Below are positions 1 through 8,243 of a stretch of DNA of 31,540 nt, one piece after another (the stretch's first letter is position 1; each line of letters opens with the position of its first letter). The notes beneath the pieces were generated by a model that saw only the letters and a list, made by a program, of their open reading frames with translations, ran no database searches and had not been told where the DNA came from. Location of the stretch: contig JBOFUV010000045.1 of NCBI GenBank assembly GCA_051652765.1, forward strand, positions 1-31,540. Direction: 5' to 3'. A program made the translations under genes and the position numbers. This stretch comes from Microcoleaceae cyanobacterium. Its GTDB lineage: Bacteria > Cyanobacteriota > Cyanobacteriia > Cyanobacteriales > Microcoleaceae.

Positions 1-2
1 CT

Positions 3-122
3 CAAGACCCAATTGCAGACTTCTTCATAGATGGAACCGTTGCAACCTGCCTTCAACATACACAAATTGAGTGGGAACGAGTGAAACAAGGTCTCCAACA
101 AGAATTGCAACCTCTGACTTAA
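3..122 (+). CDS. 3' end of a CDS entering from the left edge (partial, product unknown)
   Basis: Open frame QDPIADFFIDGTVATCLQHTQIEWERVKQGLQQELQPLT* ending TAA at 120-122, convergent with the HAD gene. Confidence 0.5.
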   Translation, partial: QDPIADFFIDGTVATCLQHTQIEWERVKQGLQQELQPLT

Positions 123-146
123 ACGTCTCTGGTCTCAAATCCGATC

Positions 147-878
147 TTAAAACAGAATATCTGATAATAATTGCTGGCAATTAACAGAGGCAATTAGGGG
201 TTCAGTTGTCGGAAAAGATTGATCCTGATTAATCGACCGATTTAATAAAATTGCTGGAATTCCAATTATTGTTGCCCCTTGATAATCTGCTTTCAAACTA
301 TCTCCGATATGAAGTGCCCGATCAGGAGAACAACGGTGTTTCTGCAAGGCGATCACAAAAATTTTGTGATCTGGCTTGGCGGCTCCAACTTCAGTTGAAA
401 TCGTTACTGATGTGAAGAATTCAGCCAACTCTAAAACCTTCAAAACATCATAAAGCCGAGAGTCAAAATTGGACAAAATACCCAACTCAAATCCGCGATC
501 GCGCCACAACTTTAAAGTTGGTTTCACATCTGGATAGACGAACCAAGGTTCAGCCGTTGCAAAGTGACCATAGAGTTCCTGAAAAAACCGAGAAAAGTCT
601 GTAAATTCTGAGAAAACCCCAATGGCTTGAAAGGTTTTTTCCGCGATCGTTTGCCACCATGCAAACTCTAACTGAGGAATTTGTTCAGGCTCTGCACCAG
701 GAAATGCCATGGGAGAAACCGCAGGAAAACTCTTGAAAAAAGCTTGATTTAATAGTTCAGCCGGGGCATCTACGCCAAATTGTAAAGCGAGCTGTCGATA
801 GACTTCTCCCACACTGTTCCGGACACCAAACAATGTCCCGACTGCATCTAAAAAAATAACTTGAGGCTGCTGGTTCAT
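147..878 (-). CDS. HAD-superfamily hydrolase, subfamily IA (REG-2-like)
   Basis: Motif I FLDAVGTL, motif II LSNFD, and motifs III/IV KPD...HIGDS..AD. Confidence 0.9.
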   Translation of the reverse strand: MNQQPQVIFLDAVGTLFGVRNSVGEVYRQLALQFGVDAPAELLNQAFFKSFPAVSPMAFPGAEPEQIPQLEFAWWQTIAEKTFQAIGVFSEFTDFSRFFQELYGHFATAEPWFVYPDVKPTLKLWRDRGFELGILSNFDSRLYDVLKVLELAEFFTSVTISTEVGAAKPDHKIFVIALQKHRCSPDRALHIGDSLKADYQGATIIGIPAILLNRSINQDQSFPTTEPLIASVNCQQLLSDILF

Positions 879-880
879 AC

Positions 881-1390
881 CTAAGAGGTTTTGATAGTAA
901 TATCCCCTACCATCCCGGCTTCACTATGGCCTGGAATTGAGCATCGGAGCGGGTAAGTTCCAGTGCGAATGGGGATAATCACCCAGGCTAATTCACCCCC
1001 TGGCTTCAGCTCAACTTCGTGAATTGCCCCTTTAATTTCTACTTTGCCAAATTCAACTTTCTGCGTCCAGCTCACATCCATAAAATCTTTTGCAGTGAAG
1101 TAATGCTTTTGATTGCTGGGGTTAGTTAAAATCAGTTTGTAGCGTTTTCCTGTCTCAAATTCGATGTGACTCGGAACAAACTTCAACTCATTGTCAACAT
1201 TTCCTAAACTGACTCGAATTTCTGTTGGGGATTGGCGAGATAAATCTCCGATCAAAGGATTAGAATCAGCCCAAACAGCAGAGTTGATCAGGTTGAATCC
1301 CAAAAATAGCCCAATGACTAAAATTAAAGGTTTGAGACCTTTAAAGTTGCAAAATGTTTTGATTAACTGCTTCACTCTATTCATCATCAA
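881..1390 (-). CDS. Exported cupredoxin (plastocyanin/azurin-like copper-binding) protein
   Basis: Hydrophobic N-terminal signal, an upstream His, and the C-terminal type-1 Cu motif C-SIPG-H-SEAG-M. Confidence 0.85.
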   Translation of the reverse strand: MMMNRVKQLIKTFCNFKGLKPLILVIGLFLGFNLINSAVWADSNPLIGDLSRQSPTEIRVSLGNVDNELKFVPSHIEFETGKRYKLILTNPSNQKHYFTAKDFMDVSWTQKVEFGKVEIKGAIHEVELKPGGELAWVIIPIRTGTYPLRCSIPGHSEAGMVGDITIKTS

Positions 1391-1401
1391 TGAATCCTTA
1401 A

Positions 1402-1839
1402 TTAATTTTTAACTAATCGAATAAATTCTAAAGGCAAGCCATCCATATCAGCAATGAACAGCACCTCATAAACTTTGTCACCAATCATTTGTTGAGTGGG
1501 TTCTAACAACACCGTTAAGGGTTTCAACAGATCGGGTTGTTCTTGGGCCGCTTGCTCAAATTTCTGGCCCAGTTTCCGGAACCAACTTGGTAAATCGGTT
1601 GTCCTCTCTGTCAAATCAAACGACAGATGATAATACCCAACATAATGCTCGTCATTGAAGGCATCGGGTGCAGGCTGAGGGTGTGGAATTTGAATCAACT
1701 CAATCCGTCCATTCAACCCCTCCATCCAACAGGCCAAAGTATATCCAGTTGTAAATCGTTCACAGACCTGAAACCCAAGTTGTTCGTAGAAAGCGATCGC
1801 CCGATGAATATTGGCAGTCCGGATTGAGGCGTGGTGCAT
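1402..1839 (-). CDS. VOC / glyoxalase-bleomycin resistance family protein
   Basis: HHASIRT..I.RAIAFYEQLGF, GYYHLSF and FIADMDGLPLEF are typical VOC metal-binding segments. Confidence 0.85.
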   Translation of the reverse strand: MHHASIRTANIHRAIAFYEQLGFQVCERFTTGYTLACWMEGLNGRIELIQIPHPQPAPDAFNDEHYVGYYHLSFDLTERTTDLPSWFRKLGQKFEQAAQEQPDLLKPLTVLLEPTQQMIGDKVYEVLFIADMDGLPLEFIRLVKN

Positions 1840-1903
1840 TCAGGGTGCAGAACCTGCTGGATAAACAACGTAATAAACTTAATAAACGTCTCAAATCAAT
1901 CAA

Positions 1904-2410
1904 CTATTCAAATAGACGAAAGTAGGGGTAACGAACCGGAACTCCCTGCTCTTTTTCTAAATCAAAGTTAATCACGTCCCAACAGGGTTCCTCCTGGGAG
2001 TCAGGACTGAAGTCTACCGGCAGGCCGTAGAGTTTGGGTTGTGCAGCCTCCGTTTGACTCCGCCAGGGACTACTGCGCTCCAAATAGGCCCCAATCAAGT
2101 CCTGATAGCGCTTGGCAATAATCACCCGCGTTGCTCGATAGCCCTGGGTATAAAGCCGATCCAAAGCCTCATGAATCTCAAACCGAATCCCATCCGGGTG
2201 GGTATGTTGCCGATACCATTCTCCACTCCACTGCCGCCAATGCCGCCCAGATTGAAGATGAACAAGTTCTTTGGTTTCAGGGTCGGCCTCGAATGCCCCG
2301 TGACGAGGACACAAATAAGTATCTGTCAAGGTTAAAGCCGAGATTTTTTGGCGGCAGTGGGGACACTGAATTTCCGGGCCGAAAATTGGATACTGCAAGG
2401 CGGAATTCAT
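1904..2410 (-). CDS. Conserved cyanobacterial protein, TIGR02652/DUF2396-like, with Zn-finger-like N-terminus
   Basis: QYPIFGPEIQCPHCRQ...YLCPRHGAFEA and the C-terminal RYPYFRLF, recognised from memory of the family. Confidence 0.8.
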   Translation of the reverse strand: MNSALQYPIFGPEIQCPHCRQKISALTLTDTYLCPRHGAFEADPETKELVHLQSGRHWRQWSGEWYRQHTHPDGIRFEIHEALDRLYTQGYRATRVIIAKRYQDLIGAYLERSSPWRSQTEAAQPKLYGLPVDFSPDSQEEPCWDVINFDLEKEQGVPVRYPYFRLFE

Positions 2411-2495
2411 CTTGAAGTACGGTTCGCACCAGAGATATTATGTACAAATTATAGCGGGGGCATTCTTCCTATAGTTGGGAAATCTGCCAAAAGCC

Positions 2496-2550
2496 AAAAC
2501 TTAAAGTTAAAACTTAAAGTTAAAACTTAAAGAACTTAAAGAACTAAAAG
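2496..2550. repeat. Short tandem repeat with core AACTTAAAG (x5)
   Basis: AAAACTTAAAGTT x2, then AAAACTTAAAG, AACTTAAAG and AACTAAAAG, ending 6 bp before the ATG at 2557. Confidence 0.85.
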
Positions 2551-2556
2551 TTTCCC

Positions 2557-3075
2557 ATGATTCCATCCTACTGGTCATCTCCCGATTTGTCTAAAGCGGC
2601 CTTCGTTGCTGCGAATGCTACAGTCATTGGCCAGGTTGAGCTGTCTGAAGGGGTCAGTCTTTGGTATGGCGCTGTCCTGCGGGGAGACGTAGAGCGGATT
2701 GTGATTGGAGCCCATAGCAACATTCAGGATGGTGCGATTTTGCATGGCGATCCTGGGGAACCAACAATTTTGGAGGAGTTTGTGACCGTGGGTCATCGGG
2801 CTGTGATTCATTCTGCCTATGTGGAACGGGGCAGTTTGATTGGCATCGGAGCCGTCATTTTGAATGCTGTTCGGATTGGGTCGGGGAGTATTGTCGGGGC
2901 GGGGGCGGTTGTGACTCGGAGCATTCCGCCTCGATCGCTCGTTGCTGGCGTTCCGGCCAAAGTCCTGCGGGAAGTGTCTGAAGCAGAAGCACAGGATCTG
3001 ATCGAACATGCCAAAAAATATGAAAAGCTAGCCCTGGTTCATGGGGGCAACGGCACTGATTTAGGGTTCCTTTAA
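2557..3075 (+). CDS. Gamma-class carbonic anhydrase family / hexapeptide-repeat protein
   Basis: LRGD, NIQDG.ILH, TVGH.AVIH with three His ligands, and hexapeptide repeats. Confidence 0.92.
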   Translation: MIPSYWSSPDLSKAAFVAANATVIGQVELSEGVSLWYGAVLRGDVERIVIGAHSNIQDGAILHGDPGEPTILEEFVTVGHRAVIHSAYVERGSLIGIGAVILNAVRIGSGSIVGAGAVVTRSIPPRSLVAGVPAKVLREVSEAEAQDLIEHAKKYEKLALVHGGNGTDLGFL

Positions 3076-3914
3076 CGGGACTCTCTGACCGCGTTAGTGA
3101 CCTGAATTTGTTCCTGGTTTAATCCAGCTTGCTGTAAATGCTCTAAAAACGAGGCACTGCTGTAACGGTCATCGAGTTCAGTTGCTTGTTGATAAGCCTG
3201 TTGGGCGGATAATTTTTCTCCCTGGCTCCAAGTGGCAATGGCGAGGGCAACCCAAGAATGAGGATTATTTGGTTCCAGCTCCGTTGCTCGCGTTGCATTG
3301 GCGATCGCCTGATCGTAGTTTTGCAAGCGGTGATAGGCCAAACTCAGATTGTAATAGCCAATTTCATTCTCAGGGTCTAGCTCCACCGCTCTCCTGTGAA
3401 TGTTCACCGCCTGCTCCAAGTCTCCCTTCACTAAATACACAATGCCCAATGCATTGAGTGCGGGAACGTGAGCTGGATCTTGAGCGAGGGCTGTTTGGAG
3501 AGCCTGGATTGCTGCTTCCTCTTGGCCATCTAGATGGAATGTCCATCCTAAAATCACTTGGCCAGAGAGATTTTGTGGATCTAGAGCCACTGATTTTTGC
3601 AACTCCGAAATTGCCTCTTTGTAGCGCCCTTGGTCGCGGTACTGCAACCCCAACTGGCGGTGTTCCCTGGCGTTAGTCAAATTCTGTGCTGAAGGTGAAG
3701 GCAAAGACGGTTGCAGCGGAGCAGACGTGACGGCTGCGGGTACTGGGCCAATCTCCAGGGAGGTCTGAGGGGACTGACGGGAGCGATCGCAGCTTGCCAA
3801 GTTCAAAGCCAACACTGCAACGGTAATCCCGCTCCTCAATCCTTGTCTCCAGCACCTTGCCTTCAAATAGCTCAACCTCATGCCCCTCATGAACCCGTCA
3901 ATAAAACTGCTCAC
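3072..3914 (-). CDS. Tetratricopeptide-repeat protein, possibly a lipoprotein
   Basis: About five TPR units (e.g. ALNALGIVYLVKGDLEQAVNIHRRAVELDP) and a lipobox-like LASC after a hydrophobic stretch. The start codon is uncertain. Confidence 0.85.
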   Translation of the reverse strand: MSSFIDGFMRGMRLSYLKARCWRQGLRSGITVAVLALNLASCDRSRQSPQTSLEIGPVPAAVTSAPLQPSLPSPSAQNLTNAREHRQLGLQYRDQGRYKEAISELQKSVALDPQNLSGQVILGWTFHLDGQEEAAIQALQTALAQDPAHVPALNALGIVYLVKGDLEQAVNIHRRAVELDPENEIGYYNLSLAYHRLQNYDQAIANATRATELEPNNPHSWVALAIATWSQGEKLSAQQAYQQATELDDRYSSASFLEHLQQAGLNQEQIQVTNAVRESR

Positions 3915-4352
3915 TTAATCTACTGGCTGTTCTCTGTAATCAGCTTTATCTGATTCAGATTCGATCTGGGTTAGTTCTTCTTCCAGCCAAACAATCGGAC
4001 GCTGAGCCGGATCAACCTGATTGCTCTGCTCTTGCATCACATGCCTAGACTGCTGGGGGTCAAAATATCGAGTAAAGCTGCCTCTTTCCTGTTCAACCCG
4101 GTCTTGAGTCAACTTAACCTCCGCCTGAATCTGGCCAAAGCGCTCGCTGGCAAGACGTTGCTGAGGCAAAACCTGGATTAGTGCCGAAAAAGCACAGACC
4201 GAGAGCAGGCCATTTGCCAGCAACTTAACACTCATTTCAAACGTAATCGCCCGAGTGTTTTGATTCTGACGCTTTTGTAGACCTTTGCGGACAGAATGCC
4301 GTTGACGTTTGGGTGAAGTTTTTTGGGGAGACTTGGGTTGAACTGCGTGCAT
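3915..4352 (-). CDS. Cyanobacterial single-TM coiled-coil protein, FtsL/DivIC-like (slr1601-like)
   Basis: Basic N-terminus, one hydrophobic helix, a coiled coil, and the F.RYFDPQQ...MQEQSN.VDP motif. Confidence 0.6.
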   Translation of the reverse strand: MHAVQPKSPQKTSPKRQRHSVRKGLQKRQNQNTRAITFEMSVKLLANGLLSVCAFSALIQVLPQQRLASERFGQIQAEVKLTQDRVEQERGSFTRYFDPQQSRHVMQEQSNQVDPAQRPIVWLEEELTQIESESDKADYREQPVD

Positions 4353-5139
4353 AACCTTCTCTGCTCAAGGAAATCTTGCTGGTCTAAAGTGACACCATCA
4401 TAACCTGAGAAAGACTGAAGTTCGGAATAAAGTTTAATGCAAAGATTAACGCAAAGACTAAGCCTTTACTGCTTAATCTTGTTTTTTTCGGCAAGTTAAG
4501 CTCAAGCTCAAATCAAGTTAAGCTCAAGCTTAAATAACGTGTAACGATAAGCTATGGCAATCCTTAATCATGGGTAAGTAAGAATGTAAGTGGAGGCGTT
4601 TCATAGAACTTCCAATATGCTTATGGCTGAAGTCCACACTCCAAATGTTGATAAATCTTTCCTGGTTTTTATTACGAAAGTCAGTTGATTGAAACGGTAT
4701 TGATGTGAAATTGATGTGAAGTTTATGATGTAATTCTTTATTTGATCTTATTTGGAGTTGAGATGCAGTTCGGAGGGAATAAGTTGCCCAACCTCCAATA
4801 AGATTGATGATTTTTGAGCGAGGATTTGCTCTCCCGAACTCAGTTGGAGAACGAGTTGGAGCGTTGCCGTAAAGATTCCAGCAAACATTATTCTTTCAAG
4901 CATTGGAATATTAGGAGTTGCTAATGAACCTTGACGCTTTTTATCCTACAAAACTTGCAGATCGGACGGGGTGATTGAGCGACCCCTAGACCGATAACAC
5001 CAGTCAAGCGTAGATGTGATGTCCCTCACGATCAATGGGTTCAAGTCACAAATTGACTGGACTGAATCTACACGGCACAGTCACTACAACGGTAAAATGT
5101 GCCAGTAACGAGGTTTGTTGAACCCAAGGGAGGGCAATA

Positions 5140-6801
5140 ATGTTGGCTTATATTCTGGCGATCGCTGTGGGTCTAGGAAGTGTTGCCTTGTACATGGCTG
5201 CCTTCTTTTTTCCTGAAGTTCATCGTAAGGGGGATTTTGTGTGGAGTGGCGTAGGATTTTTCTATGCCTTGACGCTATGGGCTTGTGCAGGACGGATCAC
5301 TGGAGCAGTCCTCCTGGGTCAAGGGGCAAGCGTTGCCCTGATTGGCTGGTGGGGATGGCAAACGTTAACGTTGCGGCGGGCAGTTGCTCCTGCGGGACTG
5401 AAAACCCCTGTTCCACCGAAGGTTCAACAGCAGCTTGCTGAAGTCTTTCCAGCAGAGCCGATTCAAAGTCCCCAGGAACTCAAGTCCCAGGAACTCAAGT
5501 CCCAGGAACTTGGCGCAGTTGCTTTTGAGGCGCTCCAAGCTCCTATTGTTTCTGAACCCATAAACCCTGGTGTTGAAGGGGTTGTTGAAGGGATTCAGGC
5601 CATCAATCAGAAGGAGACCCCAACCTTTTCTGCTCCAGAAGACATCGCCGTTACTGATACTGAACTTGAAGCAGTCGTTGAACCCAGGGACTTTGGATCT
5701 GAGGCAATACCACCTCTCGAAGCGCCAACTCTCGGGTTTCAACCTGGGGAGATGCCAATCTCTGAAACCCTGGAAATTTCTCAAGATCAGGACTCAAGTC
5801 CAACGGTAGAATTTGTCGAAGAACCCTTCAAGGTTCTGCCTAGCAGGGCTGAACCCCAATTTACATCAGCTCAATCTGCACCTGCGACTCAGCCCAAGGG
5901 ATTATCCAAACTCCTGAGTTCAATGACTGGGTTATTCCAACGGAAAAAGGGTCAACCCCAGTCAGCCGCAGTCCCGTTGGCAACTGCCCCTGAACAGCTA
6001 GAGCAAGCGGTAGATAGCTTCGGTCAAAAGGTTCAGGGTGTGGCTGAAATCGTCAAGGAAAAAGTTCAGGACGCGATCGCAGATTCCAAAGAAGCTCTAG
6101 CAGATTTGGAATCCACTGACTTCGGTCAAAAGGTTCAGGGTGTGGCTGAAACCGTCAAGGAAAAAGTTCAGGACGTGATCGCAGATTCCAAAGAAGCTCT
6201 AGCAGATTTGGAATCCACTGAGTTTGGTCAGAAGGTTCAGAATAAAGTTCAGGGTGTGGCTGAAACCGTCAAGGAAAAAGTTCAGGACGTGATCGCAGAT
6301 TCCAAAGAAGTTCTAGCAGATTTAGAATCCACTGAGTTTGGTCAGAAGGTTCAGGGTATGGCTGAAACCGTCAAGGAAAAAGTTCAGGACGCGATCGCAG
6401 ATTCCAAAGAAGCTTTAGGTGAAACGGTTCAAGCCTTGCAGGCCAGTTCTGATGTCAATTCCAGTGAGTTCCGCAGTGAAAACCCTGGGCCAGAAGGTGC
6501 GGACGTGATTTTGGAGATCATTCAGTTAAACACTGATCCCTCCATTGAGCCAGAAACTTTAACCGTTGACCAGACCGAAACAGGTTCAGTCACCGAACGT
6601 TCTGAGGCTGAACGGTCTGATTTTTCAGAAGCCCAATCTGCAGAAGCTCAACCTCAAGTTGCGTTGGAAGCTCCTTCCCTTGACGACTACTCAACAGAAA
6701 CTGCTGAAAAGACTGCTCTCAAGCGTCCTAACCCCCCAACACCAAAGCCCAAAAAAGCGCCCCAGAAACCGATTGAAAAACCCGAGCTTGATTCTGAATG
6801 A
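5140..6801 (+). CDS. ycf66: Ycf66 family membrane protein with long acidic, repeat-containing C-terminus
   Basis: N-terminal MLAYILA...FFPEVHRKGDFVWSGVGFFYALTLW...RITGAVLLGQ is the Ycf66 domain; RBS-like AGGGAGG upstream. Confidence 0.8.
   Translation: MLAYILAIAVGLGSVALYMAAFFFPEVHRKGDFVWSGVGFFYALTLWACAGRITGAVLLGQGASVALIGWWGWQTLTLRRAVAPAGLKTPVPPKVQQQLAEVFPAEPIQSPQELKSQELKSQELGAVAFEALQAPIVSEPINPGVEGVVEGIQAINQKETPTFSAPEDIAVTDTELEAVVEPRDFGSEAIPPLEAPTLGFQPGEMPISETLEISQDQDSSPTVEFVEEPFKVLPSRAEPQFTSAQSAPATQPKGLSKLLSSMTGLFQRKKGQPQSAAVPLATAPEQLEQAVDSFGQKVQGVAEIVKEKVQDAIADSKEALADLESTDFGQKVQGVAETVKEKVQDVIADSKEALADLESTEFGQKVQNKVQGVAETVKEKVQDVIADSKEVLADLESTEFGQKVQGMAETVKEKVQDAIADSKEALGETVQALQASSDVNSSEFRSENPGPEGADVILEIIQLNTDPSIEPETLTVDQTETGSVTERSEAERSDFSEAQSAEAQPQVALEAPSLDDYSTETAEKTALKRPNPPTPKPKKAPQKPIEKPELDSE
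5471..5510 (+). repeat. 15-bp in-frame tandem repeat (SQELK, about 2.7 copies)
   Basis: CCCAGGAACTCAAGT at 5471 and 5486, with a partial copy at 5501. Confidence 0.9.
6019..6417 (+). repeat. 102-bp (34-aa) in-frame tandem repeat, 3 full copies plus 1 partial
   Basis: Units start at 6019, 6121, 6223 (with a 12-bp insertion) and 6337 and are nearly identical at DNA level. Confidence 0.95.
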
Positions 6802-7160
6802 TGACAACTTGGCGCTGTATTAAACACTGTGGGGCGTGCTGTCATCTTGAACCATCTGAGCGCCCAGACCTAGAGGAATATCTCTCCCCAGAGGAACTGA
6901 ATCAGTATCTCAGTCTGGTGGGTGAGGGGGGGTGGTGTATCAACTTTGACCCTGAAAGTCGTGAGTGTCGGATTTATCCAGATCGTCCTCGATTTTGTCG
7001 GGTCGAAGCCGAGGTTTTCCATGACCTCTACGGTATTGCCCCCTCCGAACTCAATGATTTTGCGATCGCTTGTTGCCAAGAACACATTTCTGACCTCTAT
7101 GGTGATTCCTCCCTGGAAATAGCCCAGTTTAATCAAGCTGTTGGATGGGAGGAGGAGTAG
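6798..7160 (+). CDS. YkgJ family cysteine-cluster (Zn/Fe-chelating) protein
   Basis: C.KHCGACC, GWCINFD...CRIYPDRP.FCR and ACC. The start is at 6798 or 6801, overlapping the ycf66 stop. Confidence 0.88.
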   Translation: MMTTWRCIKHCGACCHLEPSERPDLEEYLSPEELNQYLSLVGEGGWCINFDPESRECRIYPDRPRFCRVEAEVFHDLYGIAPSELNDFAIACCQEHISDLYGDSSLEIAQFNQAVGWEEE

Positions 7161-7259
7161 TTGGTGGTCAGGTTTGGCAACTTGTAATCCATCTGAAAGA
7201 GTTTAAAACAGCCTAGATGCTGCGAATTCTATCCTGTAAACTTCTAAGTCAATTCTAAA

Positions 7260-7712
7260 TTGAGGAACGCTGTGACTTCTTCTGAGCAGCCTGTAGAGGC
7301 TTTCACTTCCGCTGAACAGTCTATCGAGCCAACTTTGAATCTAACTTTGAATCAAGCATTAGATCAAAGGATTGAATCCTCCCCGTCTGCTGACAGCCCA
7401 GCAATGTCTCAGGCAGAGCCCGGAACAAGACCTGGAATGTGGGCCGTTTTTGGTTCAACTTTTGTTACTATTTTTTTAGCAGAAATTGGTGACAAGACCC
7501 AGGTTACGACCCTGCTGATGACAGCAGAATCCCATAACCCCTGGGTTGTCTTCGCTGGGGCTGGAACCGCCCTTGTCCTGACCAGTCTCTTGGGGGTTCT
7601 GGTGGGCCAATGGCTGGCGAATCGGATTGCGCCTCAAACCTTAGAGCGATCAGCCGGAGTAAGTCTGATTGTGATTGCAGCGTTACTGATTTTGGAAGTG
7701 CTGCAATCTTAA
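7260..7712 (+). CDS. Half-size TMEM165/GDT1 (UPF0016) putative Mn/Ca transporter subunit
   Basis: Single EIGDKTQ motif plus 3 TM helices. The true start is probably downstream of 7260. Confidence 0.88.
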   Translation: MRNAVTSSEQPVEAFTSAEQSIEPTLNLTLNQALDQRIESSPSADSPAMSQAEPGTRPGMWAVFGSTFVTIFLAEIGDKTQVTTLLMTAESHNPWVVFAGAGTALVLTSLLGVLVGQWLANRIAPQTLERSAGVSLIVIAALLILEVLQS

Positions 7713-7849
7713 GCTTTAGCTGTTGGGTTTTACCCTAAGCTTTAATCTTAGACAAGATACGTGCGGCCTTATGATGTGTTGTTTTAAGGTGTTATCTTTT
7801 AAGGCATCTTTGACGAAAAGTATCCTTAGAATTACAGGTTTCAGATAAA

Positions 7850-8164
7850 ATGGATTGGCAACTTCTAGGATTGAGCTTCATCGCCGTGTTTTTGTCCGAA
7901 CTGGGAGATAAAAGCCAGCTTGCCGCGATCGCTCTAAGTGGCGCGTCAAAATCCCCTCGAGCTATCTTTTTTGGCACAGCTTCAGCATTATTATTGGCTA
8001 GTTTCATTGGGGTAATGCTGGGGGAAGGAGTCGCCAGTTTTCTACCCGCTCGAATGGTCAAACTTGCTGCTGCGGTTGGCTTTCTGATTTTGGGTATTCG
8101 TCTGCTCTGGTTTGGGTCTAAAGACTCTTTGCAGAGTGATGCAGTTGATCAGTCTACAACCTGA
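7850..8164 (+). CDS. Second half-size TMEM165/GDT1 (UPF0016) subunit
   Basis: Single ELGDKSQ motif plus 3 TM helices. Confidence 0.9.
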   Translation: MDWQLLGLSFIAVFLSELGDKSQLAAIALSGASKSPRAIFFGTASALLLASFIGVMLGEGVASFLPARMVKLAAAVGFLILGIRLLWFGSKDSLQSDAVDQSTT

Positions 8165-8243
8165 ACCTGAGTTTAAAAATTCAAAGGTTCCATCCTTGCT
8201 CTAAAATTGTTTCTGGAGTTGCAGACTCGGAAAATATTAGATT

